Source of the DNA: Eledone cirrhosa
Lineage: Eukaryota
DNA: 64,000 nucleotides
NCBI GenBank assembly: GCA_964016885.1
Contig: OZ024746.1
Span: forward strand, 64,542,001 to 64,606,000
Direction of reading: 5' to 3'
Below the pieces are notes generated by a model. That model was not told the origin of the DNA and ran no database searches. It was given only the letters and a program-made list of their open reading frames with translations. Position 1 is the stretch's first letter, and each line of letters opens with the position of its first letter. The position numbers and the translations under genes were made by a program. Shown in pieces: positions 1 to 14,250 of this stretch.

Positions 1-1052
1 GTGTGGTTTAAAATCCTCTTGGACCAGATGGTTTGTCTATTTTTACATGTAATGATTACTCCTTAATATTCTACCAACTCATTTGGGGAATTACTTCATT
101 AAACATTTAGGCCTGATGCTCAGATAATTCTGTCCCTTATTTTTGCTATCTTCTTTCTAAGTAGATGGAATATTTTTTTCCATTTTTTTTCCCTAGTTTT
201 TAACATTTTTCCTTTTCTTTTTTTTCTCCTCACTTAGATGTTCTAAACTACTGGCTCTTTCCATTTCCTGATATAGGAGGACAAGGTCATATCATTATCA
301 TCATCATCATCATTATTATTTAACACCTGTTTTCCCTGCTAGCAATGTGTACATTTATATATATTTATGAAGAGAAATTCATACATACATGCACACGCAC
401 ATAAACATACACACACACAAATGGACATAAAATGGTGATGATGATGGTGATTATATACTTTTACACACACACACACATATAGTGTTAATGAATTAATGGC
501 ATGGAACGTATAACTAAGCAACTATCAGTGACATCTATTGATAAAGTCATTGATTTTTTCCTCCCCTTTTATTTTCATATGCTGAAGAAAATCCAATCAC
601 ACATTTGCTGTTTATGCATTAGGTATTTGACTATCCCATACATAAGAAAGAAGAGCTACACATTATGATCATTACTTTTCTGGAGGCAATGCTGAGTATT
701 TTTGTTTGACAATAGATTGATCTGCAAATACAAAAAACAAGTGGTTAGCTTCAGTTTTTAAGTACATATGTATAATAGTATGTTGTTTTTTACTGTAGTT
801 GTTTTTTAAAATGAATTCTCTAACCCTCTATTTAATATTATATTACAAATTTGGTTTTACTAATAAAAAGGTTTTTCATTTTAAACTAGCAAATACTTAG
901 TGTAGCTACATTGATATGCTTTCTAATGTTATACATACTCATTCACACACATATACATATACATAAATAAACACATACAAACATCCACATATACATACAT
1001 ACATACATAGACACAAATACAAACATCCACACAGCCATATACATACATAACC

Positions 1053-1091
<39 letters not shown>

Positions 1092-1399
1092 CTTTCTTCC
1101 CTCTTGCCGTATGTTTTTTATAAAATTATCTTACTTTGTGAGCCTCCTTTATTGTTCATTATAAGTATTCAATGATCGAATGTTCAAAATATTGATTTAT
1201 TTTTTCCGAGTAAGCTTAAGGCCAAATTGTGTTTATAAGTGAGTGAGAGAAAGATGAAGCATGCAGTGTTACAACTACTTATTTTATTTACTGTAGGAGG
1301 AGGGGTAAAATTATTCTAGAAGTTAGAGGGACAAAATTTCCTCCAGTTCACAGCCATCAAAATATTGTAGAATTTATAAGAGATAGGAAATGAGATTGT

Positions 1400-1680
1400 A
1401 TGCGGCATTAAACTGAGTATAAGAGGAGTCAGATGTAGTGAGCTAGAGAAAGTTGCATGAACATGTAAACTATATGAACAATGATGATTGGATGAAGAAG
1501 AGCCAGAATGTTCAAGTGGAAGGAAGCTGTAGAAGTGGAAGACAAAAGATGATGTGGGCTGAAGTGGTGACAGTTGACCTCATGATGCTAAACCCCCCCA
1601 CAAGGGAGATGACATAGAAAAGAGGTAAGCTGTAATGGAAGGAACTAGTCTATCCTATGTAAGCATGGAAAAGCAGACAT
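1400..1680 (+). mobile_element. Degraded RTE 3' fragment
   Basis: TGGATGAAGAAGAGCCAG..GTGGAAGGAAGCTGTAGAAG..AGCATGGAAAAGCAGACAT resembles 50520-50720. Confidence 0.6.
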
Positions 1681-1919
1681 GGATCTTGGCTTTCTTATTA
1701 GCAAAATAAATGAAGTTAAACAATTACAATCATCAAATTTATTTTATAGATTTGTTTTGCTTTCAGTTAAATCTTTTCCTGTGTAACACATAGAGCAAGT
1801 GTTTTAGATTTCTTACAATATATATGTATATATATATATATATATATGATGGCTGCAACTTGATTTCGAATAATGCCATCACTTGATACTTAAGCATGAG
1901 CATCACAGACGTGGCTTTT

Positions 1920-2300
1920 TAGCCCTGCTAGGGACTTGCCTATAGCCAGCAATACGATGCATCACAAAAAATGTCACATATGAAGTGATGCCTGTGCTTG
2001 AAGCTTTTTTAAGTAAGGAAAGGCTTTGCACAGGGCCAATCCCACTCTCTGAACATCGAATGTGTTTGCTCAAAAAGAAGAACTGGTCTACACCATTGGA
2101 TGCAAACAAAGTCACAGGTTTTATATCAGAGTGACTTTCTCCTAGTAACAACCTGTGCATGGTCGGGTTGACGGCAACTAAACTTGCAACCCCCACCCAG
2201 CATGCTTGGTGAGGGGAGTGAATTTGGACACCCTGCGGGATGAAAAACAAAACCTGTCAAAGGGCAGAAGAACTCAGGAGAGTCAACGGCCATCCAATAA
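1920..2300. mobile_element. Unclassified interspersed repeat (related pieces at ~5560-5700 direct, ~5915-6060 and ~63940-64000 inverted)
   Basis: Shared GCCAATCCCACTCTCTGA and CAAAGGGCAGAAGAACTCA..GAGTCAACGGCCATCCAA blocks. Confidence 0.65.
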
Positions 2301-2347
2301 ACTTTTCTTCTTTTTTTTTGTGGAGCGAGAGACTCCTAGTCTGTATG

Positions 2348-2392
<45 letters not shown>

Positions 2393-3575
2393 TAACTGAG
2401 TTACCTGGCTTCACCCTGGTGAACAGTTAAGAGAAGACGGGTAAAAGAGAAAACGACTGTGTTGGATGTGTTGTCTAGTTTACAGTATGAGGTGAGATCA
2501 TGGTGTGTCTGTGTGTGAGGTATAAAAAAAAACAATGATAAAACTTCTAGATAGGCTGGAGGAGTAAACTGCCGATTAACTGGTAGCATTGGTCTTGAAT
2601 TTTACATGTTGTGAAATAACCATAATCAGTATGATCTTTTTCAGCTCTAAAGGACAAAATACAGTTTTATAAAGGACAAATTACAGTTTTATACCACATA
2701 ACATTGCTTACTGTTTAGCTTCGTTAGTATGATCTGTATGCAGTGTACAGATAACAGGCAGAGAGTCCTCTATCAGTGGAAATCTGACCTTTTCTCCTAA
2801 GCAACACATGCCATGTGTTGTTCCTTTCCATGTTCTCATTACACAACTACTGTGTGTAATATCCAATCATGACTTTAGGATCATTTCTAAATTCCTCAAT
2901 GGATCATATTAAAAGACAGCTCTTAGCCAGTTTATTCTGCCTTGAATAGATCTTTGTACTCATCGAGTTTGCATTGTAGCTTTCATTGTCTCTTGGTGAT
3001 TTTCATATAGAACCTCTGTTTATTGTGATTCTTTATCTACTTGCCTTAATCTTTCTGTTTCCTGTCTCAGGTTCTGTACACTTTCAGAAATCATCTTTCT
3101 TGTTGACTTCCTCTTTCTGTTTCAAATCTCAGATTCTGCTGAATGTCAGTGTTGAGAATGTCGTTCTTGTTGACTTTCCCTTTTACTCTCAAGTCTTTTT
3201 GCTTATTATTCTTGATTTTCTGTTTTACTTGAAGATTTCATCTGTTTAGTGGACCTAGTAGCCCTCAAGATAGATGAGCATACTGAAATAAATGATCTTG
3301 GAAAATATCGTGAAAAAAATCAATACAAAGGAATATAAAAATACAAATAAATGCAAAATATCAGCCGATCTTATATGGCAGCCCTAGAAGATAAGTTGAC
3401 ACTGTCTGAATTAAGTCAATAACATACAGCAATATCTTCAAAAAGCCTAATGAATATACCTCGTATATTAATTTCAAATAACGTCAATTTTATCATGAGA
3501 TATTGTCAGTTTTCCTTTGTGTGTGATGCACGAAGACACCAACAAACATATCTCTTTCATATTATAATAATTATA

Positions 3576-3610
<35 letters not shown>

Positions 3611-3752
3611 GGAGGCACATGGCTTAGTGGTTAGAGCATTGGCCTTGCAATCGAAAGGTTGTGAGTTCAATTCTCAGACCGGGTGATGTGTTGTTTCCTT
3701 GAGCAAGGCACTTTATTTCACATTGCTCCAGTTTACTCAGCTGTAGAAATGA
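3611..3752 (+). mobile_element. tRNA-derived SINE
   Basis: A box TGGCTTAGTGG, B box GAGTTCAATTC, then CCTTGAGCAAGGCACTTTATTTCAC..CTCAGCTGTAGAAATGAG; a partial duplicate at ~3918-4007. Confidence 0.8.
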
Positions 3753-5445
3753 GATGATAGGGACTAGGGTCCCTATCATTCCACTGCAAAGTGGTCGTGG
3801 AGGTGCCAATGTGTGTGTGTGTTGCTTCTCATTTCAGAAGTTTAGGTTCAATAAAAAATAAGTTTCAGTTGTATTGTAGAGTCAGTTTGGTAAAGTCTAG
3901 TCTCTCCAACATCCAGATGGCTTAGTGCTTAGAGCATTGGTCTTGCAATCGAAAGGTTGTGACTGGGGTCCCTATCATTCCACTGCAAAGTGGTCGTGGA
4001 GGTGCCATGGCAAAAAAGCACCCAGCACTCACTGTAAATGAGGTTGGTGTTAGGAAGGGCATCCAGCTGTAGAAATCAAGCCAGAATCAGTTCCTGTCCC
4101 ACCCTTGCAAACAGGGAAAAAGCGGACATAAAATGAAATGAAATGATCCAGAGGAAAAGAAAACAGTTGATTGGCAGAATTGTTAGTGTTGGATAAATAA
4201 TTGTTTCTACTTTTGGCACAAGGCCAGCAATTACCCAGTGCATTACTGGTACTTTATTAATGAATTGGGTAATTGCTGTTGGATAAATAATGCCTTGTAA
4301 TAATTGTTCTGGCTTTTTGTGTCCTGAGTTCAAGTCTCACCCAAGTCAACTTTGCCGTTCATCCTTCTACAGTTGATAAAGTACCAATCAAGTACTGGAG
4401 TTAATACACCTCTCCTCCTCTTCCCCCCTTCTCTCCTCTTCTCTCCCCACACCCCTCCTCTCCCCTTCTCTCCCCACACCCCTCCTCCACAAACCACACT
4501 CCCCTCTCACCTCACACCCTCTCACTCTGGTATATCTTTGATCACAGGCCTGTCCAATCAGATTTGTTCAGGGATTAAACAACTGCAACTAATTATATAA
4601 GAACAAATAATGGTATCTTTATGCAGTCGCTTGACCTGCTAAAAATAGCAGCCAGATCTTCCCAAATAATACTCTTCCATTTCAGAAAAGTAATGTAACC
4701 AATATAGCCATGGTACAAAATACCTGAATAGATGAGATTGTCACAACTAGCCTTTGAACATGTATCTGCTCGATCACGTCTTACTTGATGCTAAACAACA
4801 ACAACAAACGATTATCTACAAATATAACATGATCAATCATGGCTAATTAGGCCTCTAGAACAACAATAATTAAGACAAAGAAAATACCTGCTGATAAAGG
4901 TATGATTTTGTTTTGAAAAATTACATGTGATAGAGATATATTTAGTATATATTCATAGTGAATGGCTTTGAACATAGGTTTATACTTGATCAGCTTTGAC
5001 CAGGAACTAAACAATAATGACACTGTTTTATGGTTGGCTGGCTCTATTCTCTTTTTCAGACATATTTATTTAGTTGGTGCCTCATGTGCTATTTACTTCT
5101 CAGGTTTCTCTTTCATGAAAGCACAATAATTGCTGTTATCATAGCTATAATTGTCTTAACACTTTGTACAAAGCGGATATCTGCTCTGCACAAGATGTGC
5201 TAATTCTTTTAAGAATTTCCAATAATATTTTCATAAAAATGAATTTCTTTCTCTCTCTCTGTGTTTATGTATATATATATATATATATATTTTTTTTCTT
5301 TCATCATCTATCTACCTCTTTCGTTCTCTCTCTCGATATATTTATGTATGTATATATACATACATATATATATATACACATACACATATATATTTATAAT
5401 CTTCACCATCTATGTATATATTAAAAATTATTGTGCGCATGTGTG

Positions 5446-5488
<43 letters not shown>

Positions 5489-6199
5489 GATGGCTTCCCC
5501 CTCTTTATAGAGTATGGCCATTGCACGATATACCATTATTAATTAATTCTATCGTGCAATACATGTGCATGAAGATATTTTTTAAAGTGAGGAAAGACTG
5601 TGCACTGAGCCAATCCCACTCTCTGAGCGACAGTAGCTATAACCCGAAAAGAAGAAAAAATCAACATCATTGGTAACTACTGAGCCGCATGTTTTATATC
5701 GGAGTTATCCCAGTTTCCTGAGTTGCCTTCTAGAAGAATGCCCTGACAAAGGTTAGGGGTCCTTCACTCCCAGTGGTTTAACCGCGTGATCAGGTGTCTA
5801 GCCCGACTATTTCTATGTCCCCACGCATATACACACACATGCACCCATGTATATATACATACACATATACATACACATGTATATGTACATGTGTATATAC
5901 ATATTTACACACTTTTGGATGGCCGTTGACTCTTATGAGTTCTTCTGCCCTTTGTCAGGTTTTGCTTTTTGTCCTGCAGGGTGTCCAAAATCCCCCTCCT
6001 CACCAAGTAAACTTGGTGGGGTTGCCGGTTTAGTCGCCGACGACCCGACCATGCGACAGGTTGTACTGGGTTACATGTTACCAGTAGCACTCAAGACTGA
6101 CCCGACATATATATACATACATACATACATATGTACATATTTTTCATAAACCAGTCTGAAGTTATTTACACTACCTCAATATGACAGGACTTTTTTCAG

Positions 6200-6236
<37 letters not shown>

Positions 6237-8956
6237 GGTTAACTTATATTATTGTTCAGTCTACACTATCATTTTGTCCATGAAGGCCTTTAGCAGAGTC
6301 CATGTTGTTGCAAGTATTTAGTCATTTGGTCCAGTTTTCTTGGCTAACAATAACGTGAAATCTTGGTACAACAACCTATGATTCGTGGTTTATTTCTTTC
6401 TCTCAACCACAAGTCCCAAACATCCTACAAAAAAGATATGGGTGCTGCCCCTCTTCCTATCATTAAAAAAAATAATTTAATGGATTGTTGATGCCATTGT
6501 TACTTATTTGATTAACTTCAGAAGGAAAGGTAGCATTGGATGGATTTCCTTTGTAAAACATTCAACTATTGTATCATTTTTTGTTGTATTGGTATCTTTT
6601 AGAAAAATTTTCTGTGCAAGTAGCAACTTGTATTTCCATAATTTATTAGCTGATAGATTATTTTCTGTTTCTCATTCTTTAACTTAAAGAATTGATATTT
6701 GTGTCATTATAACTCTGTTATAGATGTTGTCATTTTTGTTACTGCTGTAGTTGTTCATTAGCCCCAAGTTGGTCTAGTTATTTTTTTAACACAGTTTAAT
6801 CCTGGAGGTGGGGAGCAATGTACATGACTTTTTTAAGTGTCTCTGAGACTGGTAGAATTAACAAATGTATCCTCAAACCCGATACAACCTGAATTCATGC
6901 AACCAAAAACCAATTGGTAAAGTTTAACCAATTGAATAGATTTACGATAAAATTTCTAGCTGACTATTCCATTTTTTTTTATCTGACGGTGTATTTAGAT
7001 TTACATTATTCAATACAACCTATCTCTTTTAAGACAGTTGAATGGGTTTTGAGGGAAAATTTAGCTATTAATTCTAGCAGATTGAACAACTGCATAGTAG
7101 TGCTATTGTAGTTGGTTTTGTTGCTGCAGTAGTTGTTGTTTAGCCCCAGGTCAGCTCGTATCAGACTTATGATCAAAGATATTAAAATTGTGACAATCCA
7201 CATTTTTTAAAAGACTCAGTATAACTAAGATAACATTACCCAAAGTATCCTTCCAAGTATACATGTAGTAGTGTGCATGATTTAAGAGGATTTGGCTGCA
7301 AATTCTAATAGGTTGAGTGACCAAGCTACTTTGTTGGCTTGATTGTAGTAATTATAATTATGGCTATTACTGTAGTTATTTTGTTACTACTGTTGTTCTA
7401 GTTGTTGCTATCAGTAATATTTCTGCAGCAGTTTATTTTTTCTTTTTGTCACTTCTGCTCAGGCTGTTGTTATTACTTTTGAGAGCGTTTGCAGTCTACT
7501 TGCTGTGAAACCAAGTGGTAAAAATATACATTTTTCAACATTGTTATTTATTTGGTAGTTTTCTCTCTCTCATTTTTAATGTAAGGTTCAAAAAGATTTT
7601 GTGATGCTAAATTAAAAAAAATTAATTCCTAGCTTATCAATTGATACTATACAGTAGTTCTTTCGATGAGTCATTCGAAATAAAGCTTCATTGTTTGCAT
7701 CTTCTTATCTTCTGTTTGCCAGACTCTATCCTTTGTGACTTAAAATAACAACAACAACAACAAGATCTAAAAGTAGTAAGTAATATTGTGGACTTGATAC
7801 TATCATCCACTAGTAATAATAAATATTTATTGATCTAGAGTTTACAACATTAACAATCCAATAAAGCAGAACTTTCAATAAAAATGTGTAATCTGGAGTT
7901 TGGATGTTCAAAGCTGACTGAAAGGAGGTGTACCCAAAAAAAGTTGATCAGATTTAGCAGCTCAGTGTTTCAAAGAAAATAGATAATGAGAGTGCAGAGG
8001 AGTGAGTGGATAGAGCACTAGACAGCCAGTTGAGACATCAGCAGTTCTTTGTGTGCAAGCAACACTGCCTTGTGTCCACAGCAAAAACATCTGTTAAAGA
8101 GCCTAGTGTATTTAACACCCCCTAACTAGAAATAAGTATTATATAGTAGAAGATAGAAACAAAGCAGTAGCACCTTAAAATTGGCAAGGGGCTTTGTTAC
8201 CTTGCAGTGCTAAATTCAACTCACCGTATATGTCTGACAAAACTATGCCAAATTGTCTTAGGTTGTCTTGATTTTTAGTTCTAATTATTTATTTGTTACT
8301 TCTACAGCTTAGTCTGTTGGGGGGGGGGGGGGGGGGGGGTAATACCAAAACTGGTTAAAGAGAGAGAGGACAGAAAGTATCCCTAAACTGAAGACATGGT
8401 CCCAGATAAATTGCAACAAACTGGATTCTGCTAAAGATATCCAAGAATCAGGTGATGGTGTTAAAACTAGGCAACAAATTAAGCCTACAACCAAAGGCTG
8501 CATGTGAGAGGTGAATCCTGTGTTAAACACCACACACGCTAGATATTCACTACCATGGAGGCTAGTTGCTTTTTGCTATGAATAATTACCATCATGGTTG
8601 ATTAAGATGAGATTTTACTGGTTAAATATACTCATAAAATCAAATCTGACTTAGTAATTACTGACATTCACATTCTTTGATTTTTTTTTTTCCTTGCCAT
8701 AAAATAATAAATGTTTTTTTGCTGCTATTTAGACATTAATGATTTCCTTTTTCAATTACATCACTTATAATAAGTTTATATTTTTTGTTTGTTCTTTTAT
8801 TTCGGATGTGGTGGTAAAAGATTACAAAGAGGGCGATGTAAATGTTTCATTGGTAGTTCAACTTCTTAAAAGTATTTCAACTCAGCACTGATTGATGTTC
8901 TCTTGGTATTCAACTGTTCAGTCTAATGAATGAGTGACTCATTAATTAACATGTAA

Positions 8957-9147
8957 GGGCGGTGGATTGGCAGTATCGGTAGAGGGTCGGATGCCATGCT
9001 TTGACATATAGAGTTACAGCCCTTGCCATTCTGAGTTCAAATCCCGCCGAGGTTAACTTTGCCTTTCATCCTTATGGGGTCGATAAAATAAAGTACCAGT
9101 AATGCTCTGTGTAATTGCTGGCCTTGTGCCAAAAGTAGAAACAATTA
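8957..9147 (+). mobile_element. ~190-bp SINE with Nin/Deu-like central domain
   Basis: GGCGGTGGATTGGCAGTATCGGTAGAG..GAGTTCAAATCCCGCCGAGGTTAACTTTGCCTTTCATCC..GGGGTCGATAAAATAAAGTACCAG; at least 10 copies in the window. Confidence 0.85.
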
Positions 9148-9302
9148 ATTAACATGTAATTAGTGGCTGAGTATTCCACAGACATGTGTATACCTAAGGT
9201 AATTCATAAGCCAAATCAGCATGAAACATACATGACAGGGCTAGATCTTTGAATTACAGCTACAATCATTCTGATGGGCTTCTGCATAGTTTCTCCTCCC
9301 CT

Positions 9303-9500
9303 TCCTTCATGACCATAGGTAAGGGTTGGCATAAATACCGAATTGAAGATAGCGAGTTTGGCTTTTACATCTACCTCCCTTCTGATTACTGCATGCTGAA
9401 GCTGGCATATTACTGCACTAGCTCCTGTAATTCTTGCACTTAATTCAGCCTCCTGCCTTCCATCACTTGTTAACATGACTCCGAGATACTTGAACTCATG
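9303..9500 (-). mobile_element. RTE LINE ORF2 internal fragment
   Basis: EFKYLGVMLTSDGRQEAELSARI..KAKLAIFNSVFMPTLTYGHE (RT thumb-region motifs). Confidence 0.8.
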
Positions 9501-10850
9501 ACCTGCTTCATTGGAACTCCACTCACAAGTAGGGTACACTGCGCAGGCTTCCTCAAGAAGTTTCTGTCTACTAAATTTCACTTGCAAATTTTGAGTTAAT
9601 CAGAGTCAAAAAGAAAGATACAAAGGGTTTCATGATTGTGAAGCAAATTTCTTAACCAGTCAGCTCAGCCTTTTGAATTCAGCACTACAAGCTAACTAAA
9701 TTTCTTGTAGCAGTGAACTGCACCTACACATGATATTTGTTTATATTAGATTGAATGAATTCCCATGAGTTAAATGTCCCTATCATAGACAAATCATAGA
9801 CAAATCATAGTAATGATCATGAGATATGAATTGATGTCCCAGAAATCCATTGAGTTAGTTGGGTGTGAGTCTAAAATTTAATTTTAATGTTGCTGAAAGA
9901 TTGAGATGTCACAACTTCACATGACTTAATGACAGTTTTCTTTAACTTGAAACATTCAATTTACTATTGTAGCTCTTGGAACCTTAATAATTAGATCTTT
10001 TAATTACTCAGTTGTTAGTATAAATAATGGAAATAAGATTTTGATTAATAACTTTTCTTTTCTCTCTGACAACGTTAATGTTCATTGAATTTAAAACCTT
10101 AAATATTATCACTTTACCATTTAAAATTATTGAAGTGTCGCTTTTAGAGTCATTTCTAGTGTCATTATAACCTGACAGCCTCTTGCATTAATTTTTAATC
10201 TTTTGAAAACGTTCGTTTTACTTCCTTCGAAGTATTGATTTCTTTTGACTACACATACAAGAGGTGAGGGTATTAACCTCAGTATATTACTGGGATAAAA
10301 TATAAAGCTGACTCCAGTGAGAGTTGAATTTAGATAATAGAGATGAAGCATTTAGTCTGGTAGTTTAACTGTTTCTGTTTGCTCACTGCCTTACTCACGT
10401 CTATTTTCAATTAAAAAATGCTGGCACCTGGCCAGAAATTTAGAACATGTGATGAGAACATGTGGGATTCATACATTTCTGAAAGGAGTTAGTGCTATAA
10501 GGAAAGAGAATTGGTTTGAATTACTAATCAAACATGGCTTGCTGGCAACATACACTACAAGCATATCTCTTGTCACTCATCGCCTTTCATTGAAATATTA
10601 TTGGCGGAACTTCGTTACTTTGATTCTACCTATTAATTATTTCATGACATCATTAGTGTTCTTTTAAATGTGGAATTGTATTGCAGTGATTACAACTTTT
10701 ATGTTTCACCTGCCCTAACACAGTTAAGGTGTTGCTATTATTGTTGTTGTTAATTAGACTGTTCAAACCATTGCTTATAAACAGTGGATCAGTTTAAATT
10801 TAGATATTTATGGTAATTGATTTGGCCTAAATACTGGAGCAGACATTTTA

Positions 10851-10886
<36 letters not shown>

Positions 10887-11999
10887 ATGTGTGCTCAGAC
10901 TATCTGATAGTTGAGTGGCAATAGAGGGTGTTTAGCTCACACTCTCACTAAACTATTTAACAACATTGTTGCACACAGCAAATTGTTTTCACCACTAACT
11001 TGAACATCTAGTACTCTTTTTAACAGGATTTCATTTCTTATTTTCATATAGCTGGCAGTAGCATGAATAATGGTGGTTGTGGTAGGGTAGACTCAGCAAA
11101 TTTGATGTTATTTTCTTCAAGTGAATATTGTCTCAAGTTTCTATTTACTTGTTATATCTATGGACTCTTCCCAACTGTTAGAACTGTTTCTTACACTTAA
11201 TCATATTTAACCTGTTTATTTACTATTACAATTTTTTTCTTATCTTGTTATTTTTTTTCTTTTTAAGAAAATTATTTTTTAACATAGTGTATTCATATTT
11301 TCTGATATGGAGAAATTATGTAGGAATTTGAAGCTCTCATTTTGACGTCAAATGATATTTTAGTTCCTGATTCTGTAAATAATAGCTACAATAATTTTGA
11401 AAATCTCTGAAGGTTCTTCTAAACATAGTCTTATCCAAAGTAACCTCACATTCTTTTTCTGTTATACATGTTGAATGCTATTGTCTAAGAACCATGTGGC
11501 TGTGAGGTTAATGCACTAGACTATTAACCACATGGTAAAACATTCAGGCCATACTACAGCCATTCTATTGTACTATCTTGCTTGAGTTTGCTTGACTGAT
11601 ATAAAACAGTTTCAACTTCACAGTTCAGTGATTAAGGGCAGGAAAGGCATCATCATAATTACTATCATCATCGTCATGTAACATCCACTTTACCTGCTAG
11701 CAAGGGTTGGACAAGTATTCACAGACCGAGTCAGTACTGAAGTGAGGCTACTGACATCCAAGACAAACCTGGGGTTCCCATCTCACATACAGTTCCATGT
11801 TCTATCAAGTGCATTTTATCATGGTACCAGCACTAGAAAGGTTGTCATGTCTTTGACACAACTGAAATACATTGAAATATAAAAGCAAAATCTGCTCCAA
11901 TGAAGTCTATCCTACCAATGCAACATGCAAGGGTCATTATAAAACAACAAAAACAAATCTACAAAACTTGTAAAAACAATAAAACATTAATATATTATT

Positions 12000-13120
12000 A
12001 GTAGCATGACCCCAGTGATGGTGAAGCATCAACAGACTTTCTTGTCAGCAACAATGTAAAACATGGTTGTGTATTAGCACTAACACTTTTCAATATGTTG
12101 GTCATAGTAATATCCACAGATACCTTCAGTGATAATCTTGCTATAGAATCACTGGTAAGCTTTAAAACCTCACATGCTTCTCTTTGTAGATAATTGTGCA
12201 CTAAATGCCAGCACTGTTAATAACATGCAGCAAAACTTGGACAGCAGCTTCTCTGTAGTCTGCAACAACTTTGGTCTGACTATCAGCACCAAAAGAACTT
12301 GAAGGGACCAATCCACACTAGCCCAAAATAATTGTCTTTGCACAATGGAGGCATTCAACTACCTTAGTAGCTTTCTATTGAGAAACATTTACATTAATAA
12401 TGAGATCCATTCTAGGGTAGCTAAAGCAAGTTCAGTTATTGGAAGACTACACTGCACAGTCTGGGATCATTGAGGCATTAGCATTAATACCAAGCTAAAT
12501 GTCAACCAAGCAGTTGTATTCTCAGTACTCTGTTCTTGTAAGACATGGGCATTTTACAGCAGACATGCCAAACATTGAAATGAATTTCACATTCCATGTC
12601 TTCACAGATTGTTTCACTATTAAGTGACAAGACAAGCCTGCAGATATGGAAGTACATTAATGGGCAAACTTTACTTCAGTACAAGCCCTACTGGAAAAGG
12701 CACAAAATGACTGGACAGGCCACACACATACTAAAATAACTTCTCCTCCGTGATGAGTTTGCTTCAGGACTAATAATAGATGATGGCCTCAAAAGGTGCT
12801 ACAAATTCTGATAATACTATTGAAAGCCATGAACATTGACATAAATTTATGGGAGCAGCTTGTTAAAAATAGGCCACTATAACACACCCTCATTCATAAA
12901 AGTACAAAATCCTTGCAAGAGACATGCATCAACACAGCAGAAACCAAACACAAGTTCTGCCTAGCTTGCTCAGTTGATACATGAAATAAAGATACAAAAG
13001 ACATCTGCTTTACAAGTAATCATTACTACTCTGCCAGAATTGGACTCACCAGCCATCTACATATACATTAAACTCAATTAATGAAGCAGTGAAAGTCATG
13101 GCCTTCATTGATGACTGTTG
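12000..13120 (+). mobile_element. Degraded RTE-BovB-like LINE, 3' part
   Basis: Frameshifted translation includes YLSS..INNEIHSRVAKASSVIGRL..VWD..GISINTKLNV.QAVV..CKTW..YSRHAK, and ..RIGLTSHL near the end. Confidence 0.75.
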
Positions 13121-13755
13121 GTTGAACAACAATAGCAACATATTTAGTGTTAATGTAAACTTTTAAAATTTACATTTAATATATGATGGTGTATATATGT
13201 ATACTACTGTAATAATCTTTTGATGTTATTTAAATTTAAGTTAGTAGTTTATATTATATATCAATTATGAAGAAATTGACTTTTCACCAATTTTCTGTTT
13301 ATCCTCTCCATAATATGGGAGCTATACATAAAAAATATATTTTCACAGTTTCAATTCAATGTGCCAAAACTTTTAGAAAATGCAATATTTATGAATTAAA
13401 ATCAAAGCCATTTTTTTTATTAGCATCTGTAGTAGAGAAATATAATCTTTTGAATATCAAGAACAGAGTTAACATGACTCCCCTATAGCTAAGCTGAGCT
13501 TATACTATGATTTGGTATTTTTGTTAAATTTGCATCAAATTTTTTGTGTGAAATATTACCACAGGTTGCCTCTGCATTTTTCTGAACACTATTCATTTTA
13601 GTTTGTTGTAAGCAGCAGCCAAATCTTCAAAACTTCACAGCCATGTCGTTCTGGGGTTGATCTTACTGTGTCATACCTTCTAGAGGTTCAGCTTTCCAAA
13701 TACACCAAGTAAAATTTGGTACATGGAAACTGTAGAAGCCCATTGTATATAATGA

Positions 13756-14075
13756 AGGTATGGCTCAGTGGTTTGAGAGTTGGATTCCCAATCCATGAGA
13801 TTGTGAGTTAAAATTCCTGGACCGGGTGATGCATTGTGTTCTTGCATAAGACTTTATTTATTTCACGTTACTCCAGTTGACTCAGCTGTAGAAATGAGTT
13901 GTGACATCACTGGTGCCAAACTGTATCAGCCTTTGCCTTTCCCTTGGACAACCTTGCAGGCATGGAGAGGGGAGACTGGTATACATGAGCAACTGCTTGT
14001 CTTCCAGAAAGAGCCTTGCATGTACTTGTGCCTCTGTGGGGAACTTTCTATGTACAAACCTCATGGTCATTTGTA
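13756..14075 (+). mobile_element. tRNA-derived SINE (same head as 3611)
   Basis: TGGCTCAGTGG..GAGTTAAAATTCC..CTCAGCTGTAGAAATGAG. Confidence 0.75.
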
Positions 14076-14103
14076 ACTAACAGAATTCGTTTTACATATG
14101 TAT

Positions 14104-14250
14104 ATCATCATCATCATTTTACGTTCACTTTTCCCTGCTTGCAATGGTGGGATGGGTCCTATTCAGCACAGTATCTCTCCACTTGTCACGGTCCTTCGTC
14201 ATCTCCTCCATGAGTCTCAGCAATCTGAGGTCTGCTGTCACCACCCCCGG
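14104..14250 (-). mobile_element. Short RTE 3' end
   Basis: CATCATTTTACGTTCACTTTTCCCTGCTTGCAA...ATTCAGCACAG matches 44761-44890. Confidence 0.75.

Noticed and set aside
3611-3685. tRNA gene
   Set aside because: A/B boxes are present but it continues into a SINE body and lacks a clean cloverleaf, so it is a SINE head.
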